The notes beneath the pieces were generated by a model that saw only the letters and a program-made list of their open reading frames with translations, had not been told where the DNA came from and did not search any database. DNA of 5,541 nt from a virus (Monodnaviria; Loebvirae; Hofneiviricota; Faserviricetes; Tubulavirales; Inoviridae). Made by a program: the position numbers and the translations under genes. Below, one piece after another: positions 5,278 to 5,541 of the stretch (the first letter of the stretch is position 1; the number at the start of each line of letters is the position of its first letter). The DNA lies in the IMG/VR virus record IMGVR_UViG_2585427969_000012, one strand, 5' to 3'.

Positions 5278-5541
5278 ATGGTGGGTTTGTTCTTAAGTTC
5301 ATGTGTTCCGCTCTTTCAGTAGCTTAACTGATGAATCAGTCAGCAGCTTTTGCCGTGCAAGCTACGCGGCGGTTCGTACCAGATTGGCCACCTCCATCTC
5401 CTGGTTCGCTTTCCCCTCCCCCCGGTAAACCTCACCCAACGTTAATTAATGATGTCAGTATGGGCGCTATCCTTGTATGTAAAATCCACTGACGATTACG
5501 CCCATCTGTGAAAAAAAACTCACAATGCCATTCGATGCATC

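Noticed and set aside
5331-5492. 53-codon + strand ORF in the flank (MNQSAAFAVQATRRFVPDWPPPSPGSLSPPPGKPHP...)
   Set aside because: Pro-rich low-complexity product with no SD. Most likely non-coding.
1-5541. CRISPR arrays, tRNA or rRNA genes, integrase or transposase genes
   Set aside because: No regularly spaced direct repeats, no cloverleaf-compatible conserved tRNA motifs, and no recombinase-like ORFs were seen. The absence of an integrase is consistent with Xer-mediated integration.

Overview
This window reads as the right-hand ~5.3 kb of a filamentous (inovirus-like) prophage integrated at a XerCD/dif site. All genes are on the + strand in the canonical morphogenesis order: a possible major-coat 3' end (1-47), a fragmented pIII-like adsorption-protein region (~98-1815), a pVI-like small membrane protein (1828-2115), a Zot/pI-like P-loop assembly NTPase (2119-3090), and a pIV-type secretin broken by two +1 frame changes (3143-4383). 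After a sharp rise in GC content there is a small basic ORF (4472-4720), a structured non-coding region, and a near-perfect dif-like 28-bp site (5250-5277), followed by 264 bp of probable chromosomal flank. The layout resembles dif-integrating inoviruses such as CTXphi and CUS-1/YpfPhi, but identity to any named phage cannot be established without a database search. No tRNA, rRNA or CRISPR array was seen. The points most worth follow-up are the apparently decayed secretin and adsorption genes next to an intact Zot-like gene, the compositionally distinct dif-proximal module with its uncharacterised basic protein, and the repeat-rich DNA immediately upstream of the recombination site.
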